Shown here: positions 45,381 to 59,457 of the stretch, piece after piece
Layout: every line of letters begins with the position of its first letter
Numbering within the stretch: the stretch's first letter is position 1
Source: the human T2T-CHM13v2.0 reference genome, Homo sapiens
Assembly: GCF_009914755.1 (NCBI RefSeq)
Contig: NC_060947.1
Strand: one strand, 5' to 3'
Length of the DNA: 64,000 nt
Notes under the pieces: model-generated
What the model saw: the letters and a program-made list of their open reading frames with translations, nothing else
The model's database searches: none
Told to the model about the DNA's origin: nothing
Program-made: the position numbers and the translations under genes

Positions 45381-46428
45381 AGACCCCTCACTGTCACCCC
45401 CTGAGCCAGTGCGCCTTGGGCCCTGCGGTCAGGATGTCTCAAGCGTGGAGGCATCACCGGTTCGTGGCAGTCTCTGGAAGGTCACTGAGCTCTGTGCCCA
45501 GAATCGAGTCGGGGGAGTCTGTGCAGAGGTGGCCCTGTGTGTGGGGACAGTGTGTGACACAGACACTGCTTTGGATGGACACCTCTCCCGTGACCTCCTA
45601 GCATCCAATCCCAAAGGAACAACTGTTGCAGAGATGGACCGCTGGACACAAACCCACGTGCGTTTCTCTGGAGACACTGGCCAAGGAAAACAAAACATGC
45701 TCGAAGGCCAACAGCTGCATGCCCCACCGCGATGTGACCGCAGACACCCGGGGTGTAGAAGGGTCTCTGCCTGGTGGGGGGACACGTGCAGGCCGAGGAG
45801 AGGCAGGAAGGAGGCTGCCTCCGACTCCCCACTGGACTGCATGGCGACGGCGTGTGGTGGGGCAGTCAGCTAAGCCATTTGCCTAAGGGGCTGTCGGGCA
45901 TCTGCGTGCTGGGGACCGACAGTGTGGGTGTGTTAGGAGGATCTGTATGGAGCACATTGCTGCCTCTGGCTAGGACAGGGTGGAAAGGGTGGCGTGGCTA
46001 CAGCCTGACCCATGGGCACCGTCCTACCCTTTGTTCTGTGCTTCCGAGTGTCAGTCATGTGCTGGGGTCTGTGGGCCCATGACTCAGACGGTGAGCTCTG
46101 ACCTTCCTGAGCCAGGGCTTTGCTGTAGTTGTGCCTGGCTCAGGAGCTCTAGGACAAGGGGACCGCTCCAGGTCTGCATCTACGGTGTGGCAGGGCCCCT
46201 CGGCACTCTTGTGCACTAGTGTCATCTTTCCCATTGAAATGACTGTGAGGACCAGAATGTGCACATGCAGATGGGCAGCTACTTGTCTGCCTTGGCCCTT
46301 TATTACACAACTTGCTGGGGGTGGAGATGCCACCCCCCGGCAGTCAGAGCCCCTTTATGATGTCATGGGGCTGGTTACATGACTGCCAAGGGGTGCTGCT
46401 GGCCACACTGCACTAGCAAGTTTGCCAG

Positions 46429-46992
46429 ATGGAGGACAAGCGATCATTGAGTATGGCTCGCTGTGAAGAAAGAAATTCGAGAGGACAGGATCATGGCTTG
46501 GAAAGGGTGCCTTTCCCTCCCCAGTTGCAGTCAGAGACCTACCTTCACCCAGCAGATCCTTCCCCTGCCTGGGACGACCCGGGGTCCACTGGGAGCCCTA
46601 ACTTGAGGCTGCTGACAGAAGAAATCGCTTTCCAACCTCTGGCCGAGGAAGCTTCGTTCAGAAGGCCGCACCCTGACGGTGACGTCCCGCCCCAGGGAGA
46701 AGATAATCTCCTCTCCCTCCCCTTTCCACAGAAACTGTGGAGACTGGTCAGCAGCAACCAGTTTTCGTCCATCTGGTGGGATGACAGTGGGGCTTGTAGA
46801 GTGATCAATCAAAAACTCTTTGAAAAGGAGATTCTCAAAAGGGACGTCGCACACAAAGTGTTTGCCACAACTTCGATAAAGAGCTTCTTCCGCCAGCTAA
46901 ACTTGTATGGCTTCCGAAAACGGCGTCAATGCACTTTCAGGACCTTCACCCGCATTTTCTCCGCAAAAAGGCTGGTCTCCATCTTGAATAAG
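46429..46992 (+). CDS. HSFX1: Heat shock transcription factor, X-linked, coding exon 1 (188 codons)
   Basis: HSF DBD motifs FPQKLWRLV...SIWWDDSG...SFFRQLNLYGFRK; donor AAG|GTAATG at 46992/46993. HSFX1 vs HSFX2 decided by context only. Confidence 0.93.
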
Positions 46993-47829
46993 GTAATGAA
47001 CGACAAGCCTCTGGAGGGGTTAAGTCGGTGGGCTCTGGGGCCTGGTCGGGTGGAAGTCCCAGGACTGCCTCCTGGGAAGTGGGCGACCTCAGGCAGGGTG
47101 TGGGGCCATCGCTGTGGGCCTGTGTCCCCCTCTGGGTGGAGGTGACATGAACTAAGAGTGAATGTGGGGAGAGGGCTGAGGATGGTGCGGGCCCCTCTCG
47201 AGTGTGTAAAATATCACAGGTGCCAAGTAGCCGTATCTGCGTGTCGTCCTCCCCGGGGCCAGCCATGTCATCTGGCGGTTGCTGTGTCCCCCTGACTCCA
47301 CAGCACATTACCCTGTGAGGTGAGCAGGCCAGGGGAGTCTGGTATTTGTACCACTGTCACCCTAGCTGGTGTCTGGAGAGGTGCTCAAGTGGAAGCACTG
47401 AAGGGCGCCTGGCGCAGGAGGTGCAGATGCTCCTGCTGCCCTTGGTAGGTGGGCCCCTGGTGTGGAAGAGCCAGTACCCAGGGCCTCCAACCCAGCCGGG
47501 GTGCATTCTGTTGCCAGCTGACACTGCATGGGGGAGGCCCAGAATCTTCTTCCCTCCTGGTCTGCAACTTCAAAGACCCTTTCCGCCGGCCATGGACACC
47601 CTAATCTGCCATTTTGAGGCTTTTTCCAAGACGGAAAGGCCCGCCACAACTTGGTAAACCTTGACGATGTGAACGCGAGTCCCCAGCTTCCTTTGGGGAC
47701 TGGGACCTTTTCCAGAAAGGCCTCCTGGGCCAGTAGAGTTCTCTTGCACAGGGGCGTAGATGGTTGGTAGTTGTAGTCCATCCTTGTGACTTGCAGTTTC
47801 CTTTTGTTTATTTAAACTTTGACTTATAG

Positions 47830-48537
47830 TTAGAGTTCTACTGCCATCCTTACTTTCAAAGAGACTCCCCTCACCTCCTCGTGAGGATGAAGAGAAGAGT
47901 GGGTGTCAAGTCTGCACCAAGACATCAGGAGGAGGACAAGCCAGAAGCTGCTGGATCCTGTCTGGCACCAGCAGACACTGAGCAACAAGATCACACGTCT
48001 CCGAATGAGAATGACCAGGTCACACCGCAACACCGGGAACCGGCCGGTCCCAACACCCAAATCAGGAGTGGCTCTGCTCCACCAGCAACTCCTGTGATGG
48101 TGCCTGATTCCGCCGTGGCGAGTGACAACAGTCCAGTGACCCAGCCGGCCGGCGAGTGGTCAGAGGGCAGCCAGGCTCACGTCACTCCGGTGGCCGCTGT
48201 CCCTGGGCCTGCAGCGCTGCCCTTCCTCTATGTCCCTGGATCTCCCACTCAGATGAATTCTTACGGGCCTGTGGTGGCCCTTCCCACAGCGTCCCGTAGT
48301 ACCCTTGCCATGGACACCACAGGACTTCCTGCACCTGGCATGCTGCCCTTTTGCCATCTCTGGGTACCGGTGACCCTAGTGGCTGCTGGGGCTGCACAGC
48401 CTGCTGCCTCCATGGTCATGTTCCCCCATCTCCCAGCTCTGCACCACCATTGCCCCCACAGCCACCGCACGTCACAGTACATGCCAGCTAGCGATGGGCC
48501 CCAGGCGTACCCAGACTACGCAGACCAGAGCACATAG
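47830..48537 (+). CDS. HSFX1: HSFX coding exon 2 (235 aa + stop; total 423 aa)
   Basis: tatAG|LEFYCHPYFQRDSPHLLVRMKRR...YPDYADQST*; phase-0 join completes the DBD. Confidence 0.93.
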   Translation, partial: LEFYCHPYFQRDSPHLLVRMKRRVGVKSAPRHQEEDKPEAAGSCLAPADTEQQDHTSPNENDQVTPQHREPAGPNTQIRSGSAPPATPVMVPDSAVASDNSPVTQPAGEWSEGSQAHVTPVAAVPGPAALPFLYVPGSPTQMNSYGPVVALPTASRSTLAMDTTGLPAPGMLPFCHLWVPVTLVAAGAAQPAASMVMFPHLPALHHHCPHSHRTSQYMPASDGPQAYPDYADQST

Positions 48538-48569
48538 AGGGCAGCATTTGGGCAGAATATGTGCTGGTC

Positions 48570-48575
48570 AATAAA
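48570..48575 (+). terminator. HSFX polyadenylation signal
   Basis: AATAAA 33 bp after the stop codon. Confidence 0.7.
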
Positions 48576-48806
48576 TGTGTCAGAAAATGAGTAATTTTCT
48601 GACTGCACAAAAAAGTCTTCATGGTCTCCATCCTTCTTCTTTCTTTGCAGTCCAGTACCCCCCTCCGACATCTTTGGCTTGCATGATAGAGACTTCAGCC
48701 TAACACGCCTCCCTGGAAAAGTGCCCAGGAGATACTCGAGCAGGTGCTGGGTTTTAGGAAGCCCCTCAGACATCCCGCCTCTACTCATTAAAAATTACCT
48801 GGAGCT

Positions 48807-49107
<301 letters not shown>

Positions 49108-49449
49108 TTACCTGGAGTTGCTCGCTGAGTGCTAATTGTGCTGCTAGCATTGCCGGCCTAGGGTTCACAATGACTCTGTGTTACTGGCCATTCCTTGTCA
49201 TGGCGGTGCCTTTATATAACAGGATCTTCACTTTACATACAGATGAGATCACGTCTGGCTTTGTCATTGGGTTAAAAAGTGCCCTTGATAGTTGTGGAGG
49301 TGACACATACTACCAAGGAGTCCTACGGGTTTGCAGTTTAGAGGGTGCTCATTAGTGTCTGGTGGACAGGATTTATGTTTGGCTTTTATGTCTGTACTGG
49401 ATCTGGTGGGGTTTTTTACTTCCTTCCTTGATTCCCCCACTATGCCCCC

Positions 49450-49662
49450 ACTTTTTCTTTCTTGTTTCCCTTCCTTCCTACTTTCCTTTCCTCTCCTTTT
49501 TTCTCTCTCTCTCTCTTTGCTTCCTTCTTTCCTTCCTTCCTTCCATCTCTCTCTCTCTCTGTGCTTGCTTGCTTCCTTCCTTCCTTCCTTCCTTCCTTCC
49601 TTCCTTCCTTCCGTGTCTCTCTCTCTCTCTCTTTCCCTCCCTTCCTTCCTTCTCCTTTCTTT
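49450..49662. repeat. Compound (TTCC)n/(CT)n polypyrimidine microsatellite
   Basis: Direct reading. Confidence 0.95.
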
Positions 49663-50257
49663 TGGAGTCAAAAATTAATTTAAAAGATGTCATGTCATGT
49701 TTTAACTTAGGAAGCAGCCTTTTCTGCTCACTTGGGGTGTTCATCTTAGAACACATGCTATCATCGACGAACTTCTTTGACTGATCAGAGGAAATAGATT
49801 CAAGTTCTTACCGTAGACACAACTGGGCACAGACATCAAAAGAGCTCTGAAATCAGGGCGTGCAGAGAGCCCCAACACCCACACACCAGAACCCAGAGGT
49901 ATCCCTGCCTGTGATTTTTAATTTGACAGTAGGTGGCAGAGTCCTGGGAGACGTGGGAAGAGGCCATAAGAGAATGCAGACATGGGAATGGATTAATCCA
50001 GAGTCCAGCCATGGTCTGCAGGTGGATCTCCCTGTCTCGGCCTGCTCACTTACAAATGGGTGCTCATTTACAAATCGGTGTGAATCACATTTCATCATTT
50101 GTGAGCTCCTTAGTTTCCAAGAAGTACAGTTTTCTCATGTGTTTCTTGGACTTTATGCATATGCCTCCAGAGTTTGAATCATGCAAAGATGCTGCCACTT
50201 AAAAACCTCTTTCCTACAAACTTACACCCCTCCGATCGTGGTTTTCCTGTGAATCTC

Positions 50258-52190
<1,933 letters not shown>

Positions 52191-52729
52191 AAATACAGAG
52201 TGAGTGCCTTAACTGTCATTGCCAAAGTGACAACCAAGCTCAGGTTGCTGTGCTCTGCTCCCCAAATCAACCCCGGAAAAAATATAGGAGGGAAAAGATT
52301 AAAAAAAAAACCCCATCAAAACAGAGAAAGCCCTGGGGATGACTGAAGACTGTGCTAAACTAGTACTTGTGTTTTGGGTCCAGGGAGCAGCAGGGAAATC
52401 GAGGAGGTCTGTACCCTGCATAGATGGCAGATTACAGGATGGATAGGAGAAAGTGTTTAACATTCCACCCCACATCATCGCGCAATCTGAGGCAGCACCA
52501 CAAAATCTGATGCCAGTAGCCCTGGAGTAATATCAGGACACCAGGAAATTTGAGTTGATTGAGACACTATGGCTCCAGAGTTCTGCTAACAACCACCTGA
52601 AACAAACTTAGTAGGAGAAGACCAGCCTTCCAAAAAATTATTATTTTAATGGAATATAAAGAATGAACTAGGAATAGAATAGTAAGTATGTGTGAAGGCC
52701 ACATACTATGAGTAGATATTAATAAAATA

Positions 52730-52935
52730 TGTGTGCATATATATAGTATAAAGTCTAGAAATACAAACGAATATGTAGCTAAAGATATATACATGTAAGT
52801 AAATATAAGATATAAAGATATATATGCGTGTATGTATACATGTAAGCATAGATGTATATAATGTCTAAAACAGGTATGTATATAAACGTAGATATAAACA
52901 AAATGTACAATACCATATATAATGTACACATACAG
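52730..52935. repeat. AT/(TA,TG)-rich low complexity
   Basis: Direct reading. Confidence 0.8.
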
Positions 52936-53644
52936 TGTAAAATTTATTACCATGTGAATGAGAATTAAAATATGAAAATCGCTAATCTGGACTCTGCTGT
53001 GTTCGATACCTTCAAAACACATGGCTTCTCCAAATCTCTTGCTGCTGCTCAGCCTCTTCCGTGTAAAAATAAATCTTTTAGGACAAAAGGTTTGCAAAGT
53101 CTAGCTCTGGCTGGGGAGGAGCCCCCATGGGATGGTGTGCATCTTCTCTCACAGGTCCTACAATCACAGGTGCTGCAGCCCCCCAGGGAGCATCTAGCCT
53201 GGGACCCGCAGCCATTCTCTGCAACGCGTGCAGCTGGGCAAATGCTCAAAGGTGACATAAACAGATCATCTCCCACACATCACTTCATCAAAGAGCCAGG
53301 AGCCAGGAGGAGAACCCTCCTGAGAGGGGACTGAAGGTCCAACCTCCCCACATAGAGGGGCCACAGAATCCAGCTCAGCCCTTCCTGTCAGCCCTGGAAG
53401 ACCCTGGCAATGTTGTCACCCCGACCACACCCCTCCCCTCACTGCCACCTCATGTGACTGGGAGTCAGAGACTTGGTCCGAGAGGAGCAGACCCAATGGG
53501 CAGAGAATGGGGATCGAGACCCAGGCATCAAGGTCAGGACCCCCTGAGGGATGACTGAGGGCCCCTATCCCCATCCCCACCCCTACTCCGCCAGAACCCG
53601 GTTCAGCCCCTACTGGCAACCCAGGGAAGCTCCAGGCTTGGGGG

Positions 53645-53666
53645 CCGGATGTGACGTCACTGACGT
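53645..53666 (+). promoter_or_regulatory. MAGEA9 core promoter: overlapping ETS + CRE + half-CRE
   Basis: CCGGATGT 53645-53652, TGACGTCA 53652-53659, TGACGT 53661-53666. Confidence 0.8.
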
Positions 53667-53730
53667 GCGCACTGGGGGTCAGAGAGAAGGGAGAGGCCTC
53701 CTTCTGAGGGGCGGCTTGATACCGGTGGAG
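53665..53730 (+). other. MAGEA9: MAGEA9 non-coding exon 1
   Basis: Follows ETS/CRE; donor GAG|GTAAGC at 53730/53731; agrees with recalled mRNA 5' end. Confidence 0.7.
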
Positions 53731-56700
53731 GTAAGCTGGCTGAGGCTCTGTGAGGAGTCAAGGTGAGGTGCTGAGGGAAGACTGAGGATGTCCCCACCCC
53801 AGATAGAGGACCCGAAAGAACCAAGTGCCGTCTCTGCTCCCAGCCCTGGACCACCCGGGGGCCGATCTGGGGCTGACTTGTGAGGCTGGGCCGACCCCCT
53901 CCCTCCGCCGCTCAAGCTGCTGGGCACTCTGGAGTGAGAGCTTGGTGTGACCAGGGCAGGGCTGGTTAGGAGAGGGCAGGGCCCAGGCTCTGCCGGGCAT
54001 CAAGGCCAGGACCCTGAGGGAGGCTGGGCCCCCCCAACCCAACCATGACCTACAGCCCCAGGTTCCCCAGCCCCATCCTCAGCTCCACTCTACACCCCAC
54101 CCCACCCCACCCCACCCCACCCCAAACTCCACCCCACCCCCCCAACTCTCCCGCGGCAGAATCTGGTTCCGCCCCTGTTGTCAACCCAGGGAAGCCCCAG
54201 GTGCCCGGATGTACGGCCAGTGACTCCCACACTGGGGGTCAGAGAGTAGCGGGGGCCTCGCTGTGAGGGGCGGGTCGATATCGGTGGAGGGAAGCGGGCC
54301 CAGGCTCTGTGAGGAGGCAAGGTGAGACCCTGAGGGAGGACTCAAGACCCCCCGCCCCAGATAGAGGACCCCAAATAATACAGCGCCGCCCCTGTGCCAG
54401 CCCTGGACCACCCCGCGGGGTCGGGCGTATCAGGCTGGGCCCAGGCTCTGACTGGCATCAAGGTCAGAACCCTGAGGGAGGGCTGAACGCCTCCACACCC
54501 CTAACCCAGCCACCACCACCATGACCTACAGCCTCAGGTTCCCCACCTCCATCCTCACCCCCCCCCCACTCCACCCCACCCCCAAGTCTCCCGTGGCAGA
54601 ATCCGGTTCGGCTCCTGCTGTCAACCCAGGGAAGCTCCGGGTGCCCGGATGTAAGGCCTCTGACTTGCGCACTGGGGGTCAGAGAGTAGCAAGGGCTTGG
54701 TTCTGAGTGGTGGCTGAAGATCGGCAGAGGGAAGCGGGCCCAGGCTCTGTGAGGAGGCAAGATGAGACGCTGAGGGAGGACTGAGGACGCCCCCACCCCA
54801 GATAGAGGGCCCCAAATAATCCAGCAGCACCCCTGCTGCCAGCCCTGAACCACCCCGGGGGCGGACTTCTCAGGCTGTGGGCCACCCTTCGCCACCCCAC
54901 CACTTAAGCCCCAGGGGACTCTGGGTCAGAGCTTGGTGTGACCAGGGCAGGACTGGTTAAGAGAGGGCAGGGGCCAGGCTCTGCCAGGCATCAGGGCCAG
55001 GACCCTGAGGGAGGGCTGAGGCCCCATAGAGGGAGTCACTGCCCCTGCAGTGGACCCTGGGAAGTTCCGGGCATGGCGGTCAGGCAAGCGGATCGTGATA
55101 TCTGCATCCTGGGCTGACCGAGGGAAGGGGCTTGGTATCGTTAGCGTGGCCGCGGGAGAACAGAGGGAGGGCCCAGGTCCTGCTGGGAGACAAGGGAGGC
55201 CTGAGGGGACCCAGTACCCCAGGACAAGGGGCCCACCCCGCCCCTATCTGAGACCGAGGCCCCTCCTCATTCAGCCTCGGGAATCCGACAGATAGAGACT
55301 CAGGTCCACAGAGGGGTGGGGCCCAGCCCTCTAGGAGACCAGGGAAGGAACAAGACGGAGGACAGAGGGGACCCCGGAGTCCAGCTCAGTGGGGATCTTG
55401 GCCTGGGCGATCCCGGGCACGGTGGCCGCATGTGGTGCATTGTGGCTGGTGGGATCGGGTGTCAATGGGAACAGGGCTGTGGTATGAGGAGTGGGGCCTC
55501 AGGTGAGCAGAAGGAGGAGTCCCAGAGGCCTGAGGAAGGATTCACCAGACCTCTCATCCCAGACCTAGGAAACCTGCCCCTGCCGTCAGTCTTGGAAGGC
55601 CCCAGGCAGGACGGTGAGGAAGGGAAGTGCCCCCTCCACCCCCAACACACACTTTCTCAAAGAGGGTCTAAGGGAGAAATTGGCCTTGGTCTGCAAGACT
55701 CACCTCTGGTTCAGCAAAATGGAAGGGGCCAGATTCTGTCAGAAGCAAATATGAATACCTAGAGGACACCCAGACCGACGAGGCCCCCTGGAACCTGCTC
55801 CTTTGGTCAGCCTTGGGTATCTCATGCATGAGTGACCATGAGGTGGCCCCTCACTTCTGCCTCCCGGGTCTCCGGGAGGTGGGGGCCTTGGTCCGAGGGG
55901 TTTCCTCAGCTCAGCAGAGGGAGCCACACCTGGTCAGCACAGGGTGGAATCCAGGGTCTTCCAGGAGTGACGGGGAGGAAGTTTGGTGAGGACTGAAGGT
56001 AAGAAGGTACCTCCACGCTCTCAAAAAAGAAAGGACCTCACAGACACTGGTGTCACCTGTTCTCAGCCCCAGGTGGCCCCAGGCAGGAATGGCATGAGGC
56101 ATGCTCTCATTTCTCCCACGTGACTGGGGGTGAGAGGTCTCAGGGAGGTGAGTACCTTGATCCCAGGGGGCACTGAGAGATCCAACAGAGGGCTCCACAC
56201 CTGGTCAGTAGAAGGAGGACTCCCAGGATCAGCAGGACCCAAGGTGTGCCCCCTTCATGAGGAATGGAGGTACCCCCAACGCAGAAAGAAGCCACCCCAC
56301 AGAGTCTAGGTGAACTCTGTTCTTAGATCTGGGGGCGGGGGGGGGCCTGATCAAGGATGGTGCTAAGTGGCAAGCTCATTTGTACCACGGCAGGAAGTTG
56401 AGGAACCCTCAGGGGGATGAGGCGTTGGTGTAAAGGGAGATGTCTGCTCATCTCAAGGGTTTGAGGGTCGAGGAAGTAGAAGCCCCAGCAGGAGTAAAGA
56501 TGAATAACCCGCAGGAGGACTTTGGAACACCCACCTCATACCTGAAGGGTTCAGCTGGTGGGGTCAGCCCCGGACACCCCACGCAGGGGTGACATATGTG
56601 GGGCCTCCTCACCTCTGTTTCTGGATCTCAGGGAGGTGAGGACTTTGTTCTCAGAGGGTGTGTGTGGACAAAACAGGGAGGCCCTGTGTTCGACAGACAC

Positions 56701-57490
56701 AGTGGTCCCAGGATTGGAGAGCAGTCCAGGTGAGGAACCTAAGGGAGGATCGAGGGTACCTCCAGGCCAGAGAAACTCTCAGATCAAGAGAGTTTGCCCT
56801 GCCCCTACTGTCACCCCAGAGAGCCCGGGCAGGGCTGTCTGCTGAGGTCCCTCCTTTATCCTGGGATCACTGGTGTCGGGGAGGGCTGGCCTTGGTCTGA
56901 GGGGGCTGCACTCACGTCAGCAGAGGGAGGGTCCCAGGCCCTGCCAGGAGTCCAGGTGCAGACTGAGGGGACCCCACTCACCAAACACAGAGGACCTAGC
57001 CCCACCCTGCCCCTTGTGTCAGCTGAGGGAAGCCGCTGGGTGGATGGACTCCCCTCACTTCCTCTTCAGGTGTCTCCTGGAGATAGGGCCTCAGGTCAAC
57101 AGAGGGAGGGTTCCAGACCCTGCAGGCATCAAGATGAGGACCAGGCAGTATCCTCACCCCAGGACACATGGACCCCATTGAATTTAGACATCTCTTACTG
57201 TACTTCCGAGGAAACCCTGGGCAGGTGTGGGCAGATGTTGGTTGGGGCATGTCCTTCTGTTCCATATCAGGGATGTGAGCTCCTGATCTGAGAGACTCTC
57301 AGGCAAGTAGAGGAGTAGAGTCCAGTCCCTGCCAGGAGAAAGGTCAGGGCCCTGAGTGAGCGCAGAGGGGACCATCCACCCCAAAAGTGTGTAGAACTCA
57401 AGAGTGTCCAGCCCGCCCTCTTGACAGCACTGAGGGACCGGGGCTCTGCCTGCAGTCTGCAGCCTAAGGGCCCCTCGATTCCTCTTCCAG

Positions 57491-57577
57491 GAGCTCCAGG
57501 AAGCAGGCAGGCCTTGGTCTGAGACAGTGTCCTCAGGTCGCAGAGCAGAGGAGACCCAGGCAGTGTCAGCAGTGAAG
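57491..57577 (+). other. MAGEA9: MAGEA9 non-coding exon 2
   Basis: cttccAG|GAGCTCC...GTGAAG|GTGAAG. Confidence 0.65.
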
Positions 57578-57735
57578 GTGAAGTGTTCACCCTGAATGTG
57601 CACCAAGGGCCCCACCTGCCCCAGCACACATGGGACCCCATAGCACCTGGCCCCATTCCCCCTACTGTCACTCATAGAGCCTTGATCTCTGCAGGCTAGC
57701 TGCACGCTGAGTAGCCCTCTCACTTCCTCCCTCAG

Positions 57736-57804
57736 GTTCTCGGGACAGGCTAACCAGGAGGACAGGAGCCCCAAGAGGCCCCAGAGCAGCACTGACGAAG
57801 ACCT
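57736..57804 (+). other. MAGEA9: MAGEA9 non-coding exon 3
   Basis: ccctcAG|GTTCTC...AGACCT|GTAAGT; terminal exon acceptor ccccAG at 57879. Confidence 0.8.
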
Positions 57805-57944
57805 GTAAGTCAGCCTTTGTTAGAACCTCCAAGGTTCGGTTCTCAGCTGAAGTCTCTCACACACTCCCTCTCTCCCCAGGCCTGTGGGTCTCCATCGCCC
57901 AGCTCCTGCCCACGCTCCTGACTGCTGCCCTGACCAGAGTCATC

Positions 57945-58892
57945 ATGTCTCTCGAGCAGAGGAGTCCGCACTGCAAGCCTGATGAAGACCTTGAAGCCCA
58001 AGGAGAGGACTTGGGCCTGATGGGTGCACAGGAACCCACAGGCGAGGAGGAGGAGACTACCTCCTCCTCTGACAGCAAGGAGGAGGAGGTGTCTGCTGCT
58101 GGGTCATCAAGTCCTCCCCAGAGTCCTCAGGGAGGCGCTTCCTCCTCCATTTCCGTCTACTACACTTTATGGAGCCAATTCGATGAGGGCTCCAGCAGTC
58201 AAGAAGAGGAAGAGCCAAGCTCCTCGGTCGACCCAGCTCAGCTGGAGTTCATGTTCCAAGAAGCACTGAAATTGAAGGTGGCTGAGTTGGTTCATTTCCT
58301 GCTCCACAAATATCGAGTCAAGGAGCCGGTCACAAAGGCAGAAATGCTGGAGAGCGTCATCAAAAATTACAAGCGCTACTTTCCTGTGATCTTCGGCAAA
58401 GCCTCCGAGTTCATGCAGGTGATCTTTGGCACTGATGTGAAGGAGGTGGACCCCGCCGGCCACTCCTACATCCTTGTCACTGCTCTTGGCCTCTCGTGCG
58501 ATAGCATGCTGGGTGATGGTCATAGCATGCCCAAGGCCGCCCTCCTGATCATTGTCCTGGGTGTGATCCTAACCAAAGACAACTGCGCCCCTGAAGAGGT
58601 TATCTGGGAAGCGTTGAGTGTGATGGGGGTGTATGTTGGGAAGGAGCACATGTTCTACGGGGAGCCCAGGAAGCTGCTCACCCAAGATTGGGTGCAGGAA
58701 AACTACCTGGAGTACCGGCAGGTGCCCGGCAGTGATCCTGCGCACTACGAGTTCCTGTGGGGTTCCAAGGCCCACGCTGAAACCAGCTATGAGAAGGTCA
58801 TAAATTATTTGGTCATGCTCAATGCAAGAGAGCCCATCTGCTACCCATCCCTTTATGAAGAGGTTTTGGGAGAGGAGCAAGAGGGAGTCTGA
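57945..58892 (+). CDS. MAGEA9: Melanoma-associated antigen 9 (315 aa)
   Basis: [19 protein letters not shown]... with complete MAGE homology domain, ending [12 protein letters not shown]; single coding exon. MAGEA9 vs MAGEA9B decided by context only. Confidence 0.96.
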   Translation: MSLEQRSPHCKPDEDLEAQGEDLGLMGAQEPTGEEEETTSSSDSKEEEVSAAGSSSPPQSPQGGASSSISVYYTLWSQFDEGSSSQEEEEPSSSVDPAQLEFMFQEALKLKVAELVHFLLHKYRVKEPVTKAEMLESVIKNYKRYFPVIFGKASEFMQVIFGTDVKEVDPAGHSYILVTALGLSCDSMLGDGHSMPKAALLIIVLGVILTKDNCAPEEVIWEALSVMGVYVGKEHMFYGEPRKLLTQDWVQENYLEYRQVPGSDPAHYEFLWGSKAHAETSYEKVINYLVMLNAREPICYPSLYEEVLGEEQEGV

Positions 58893-59451
58893 GCACCAGC
58901 CGCAGCCGGGGCCAAAGTTTGTGGGGTCAGGGCCCCATCCAGCAGCTGCCCTGCCCCATGTGACATGAGGCCCATTCTTCGCTCTGTGTTTGAAGAGAGC
59001 AATCAGTGTTCTCAGTGGCAGTGGGTGGAAGTGAGCACACTGTATGTCATCTCTGGGTTCCTTGTCTATTGGGTGATTTGGAGATTTATCCTTGCTCCCT
59101 TTTGGAATTGTTCAAATGTTCTTTTAATGGTCAGTTTAATGAACTTCACCATCGAAGTTAATGAATGACAGTAGTCACACATATTGCTGTTTATGTTATT
59201 TAGGAGTAAGATTCTTGCTTTTGAGTCACATGGGGAAATCCCTGTTATTTTGTGAATTGGGACAAGATAACATAGCAGAGGAATTAATAATTTTTTTGAA
59301 ACTTGAACTTAGCAGCAAAATAGAGCTCATAAAGAAATAGTGAAATGAAAATGTAGTTAATTCTTGCCTTATACCTCTTTCTCTCTCCTGTAAAATTAAA
59401 ATATATACATGTATACCTGGATTTGCTTGGCTTCTTTGAGCATGTAAGAGA

Positions 59452-59457
59452 AATAAA
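59452..59457 (+). terminator. MAGEA9 polyadenylation signal
   Basis: AATAAA ~560 bp after stop, T-rich downstream. Confidence 0.75.

Larger units (their letters stand above)
53600..55050 (+). repeat. Tandem MAGEA promoter/first-exon repeat units (x3)
   Basis: Recurring 'cccagggaag..ccggatgt..actgggggtcagagag..ggctctgtgaggag.caag' at ~53620, ~54185, ~54625. Confidence 0.85.

Noticed and set aside
45271-45873. 200-aa + strand ORF
   Set aside because: Non-ATG start inside a MIR, GC-rich, no recognisable domain.
46429-47145. 238-aa ORF as the complete HSFX protein
   Set aside because: Residues after SILNK read into the intron; splicing to 47830 completes the domain.
49264-49784. Several long ORFs on both strands
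   Set aside because: Artefacts of the CT-rich microsatellite.
52567-53097. 176-aa hydrophobic - strand ORF
   Set aside because: Translates a TA/TG low-complexity tract.
57184-58880. Antisense and overlapping ORFs around MAGEA9
   Set aside because: Expected shadows in GC-rich sequence; no independent gene signals.
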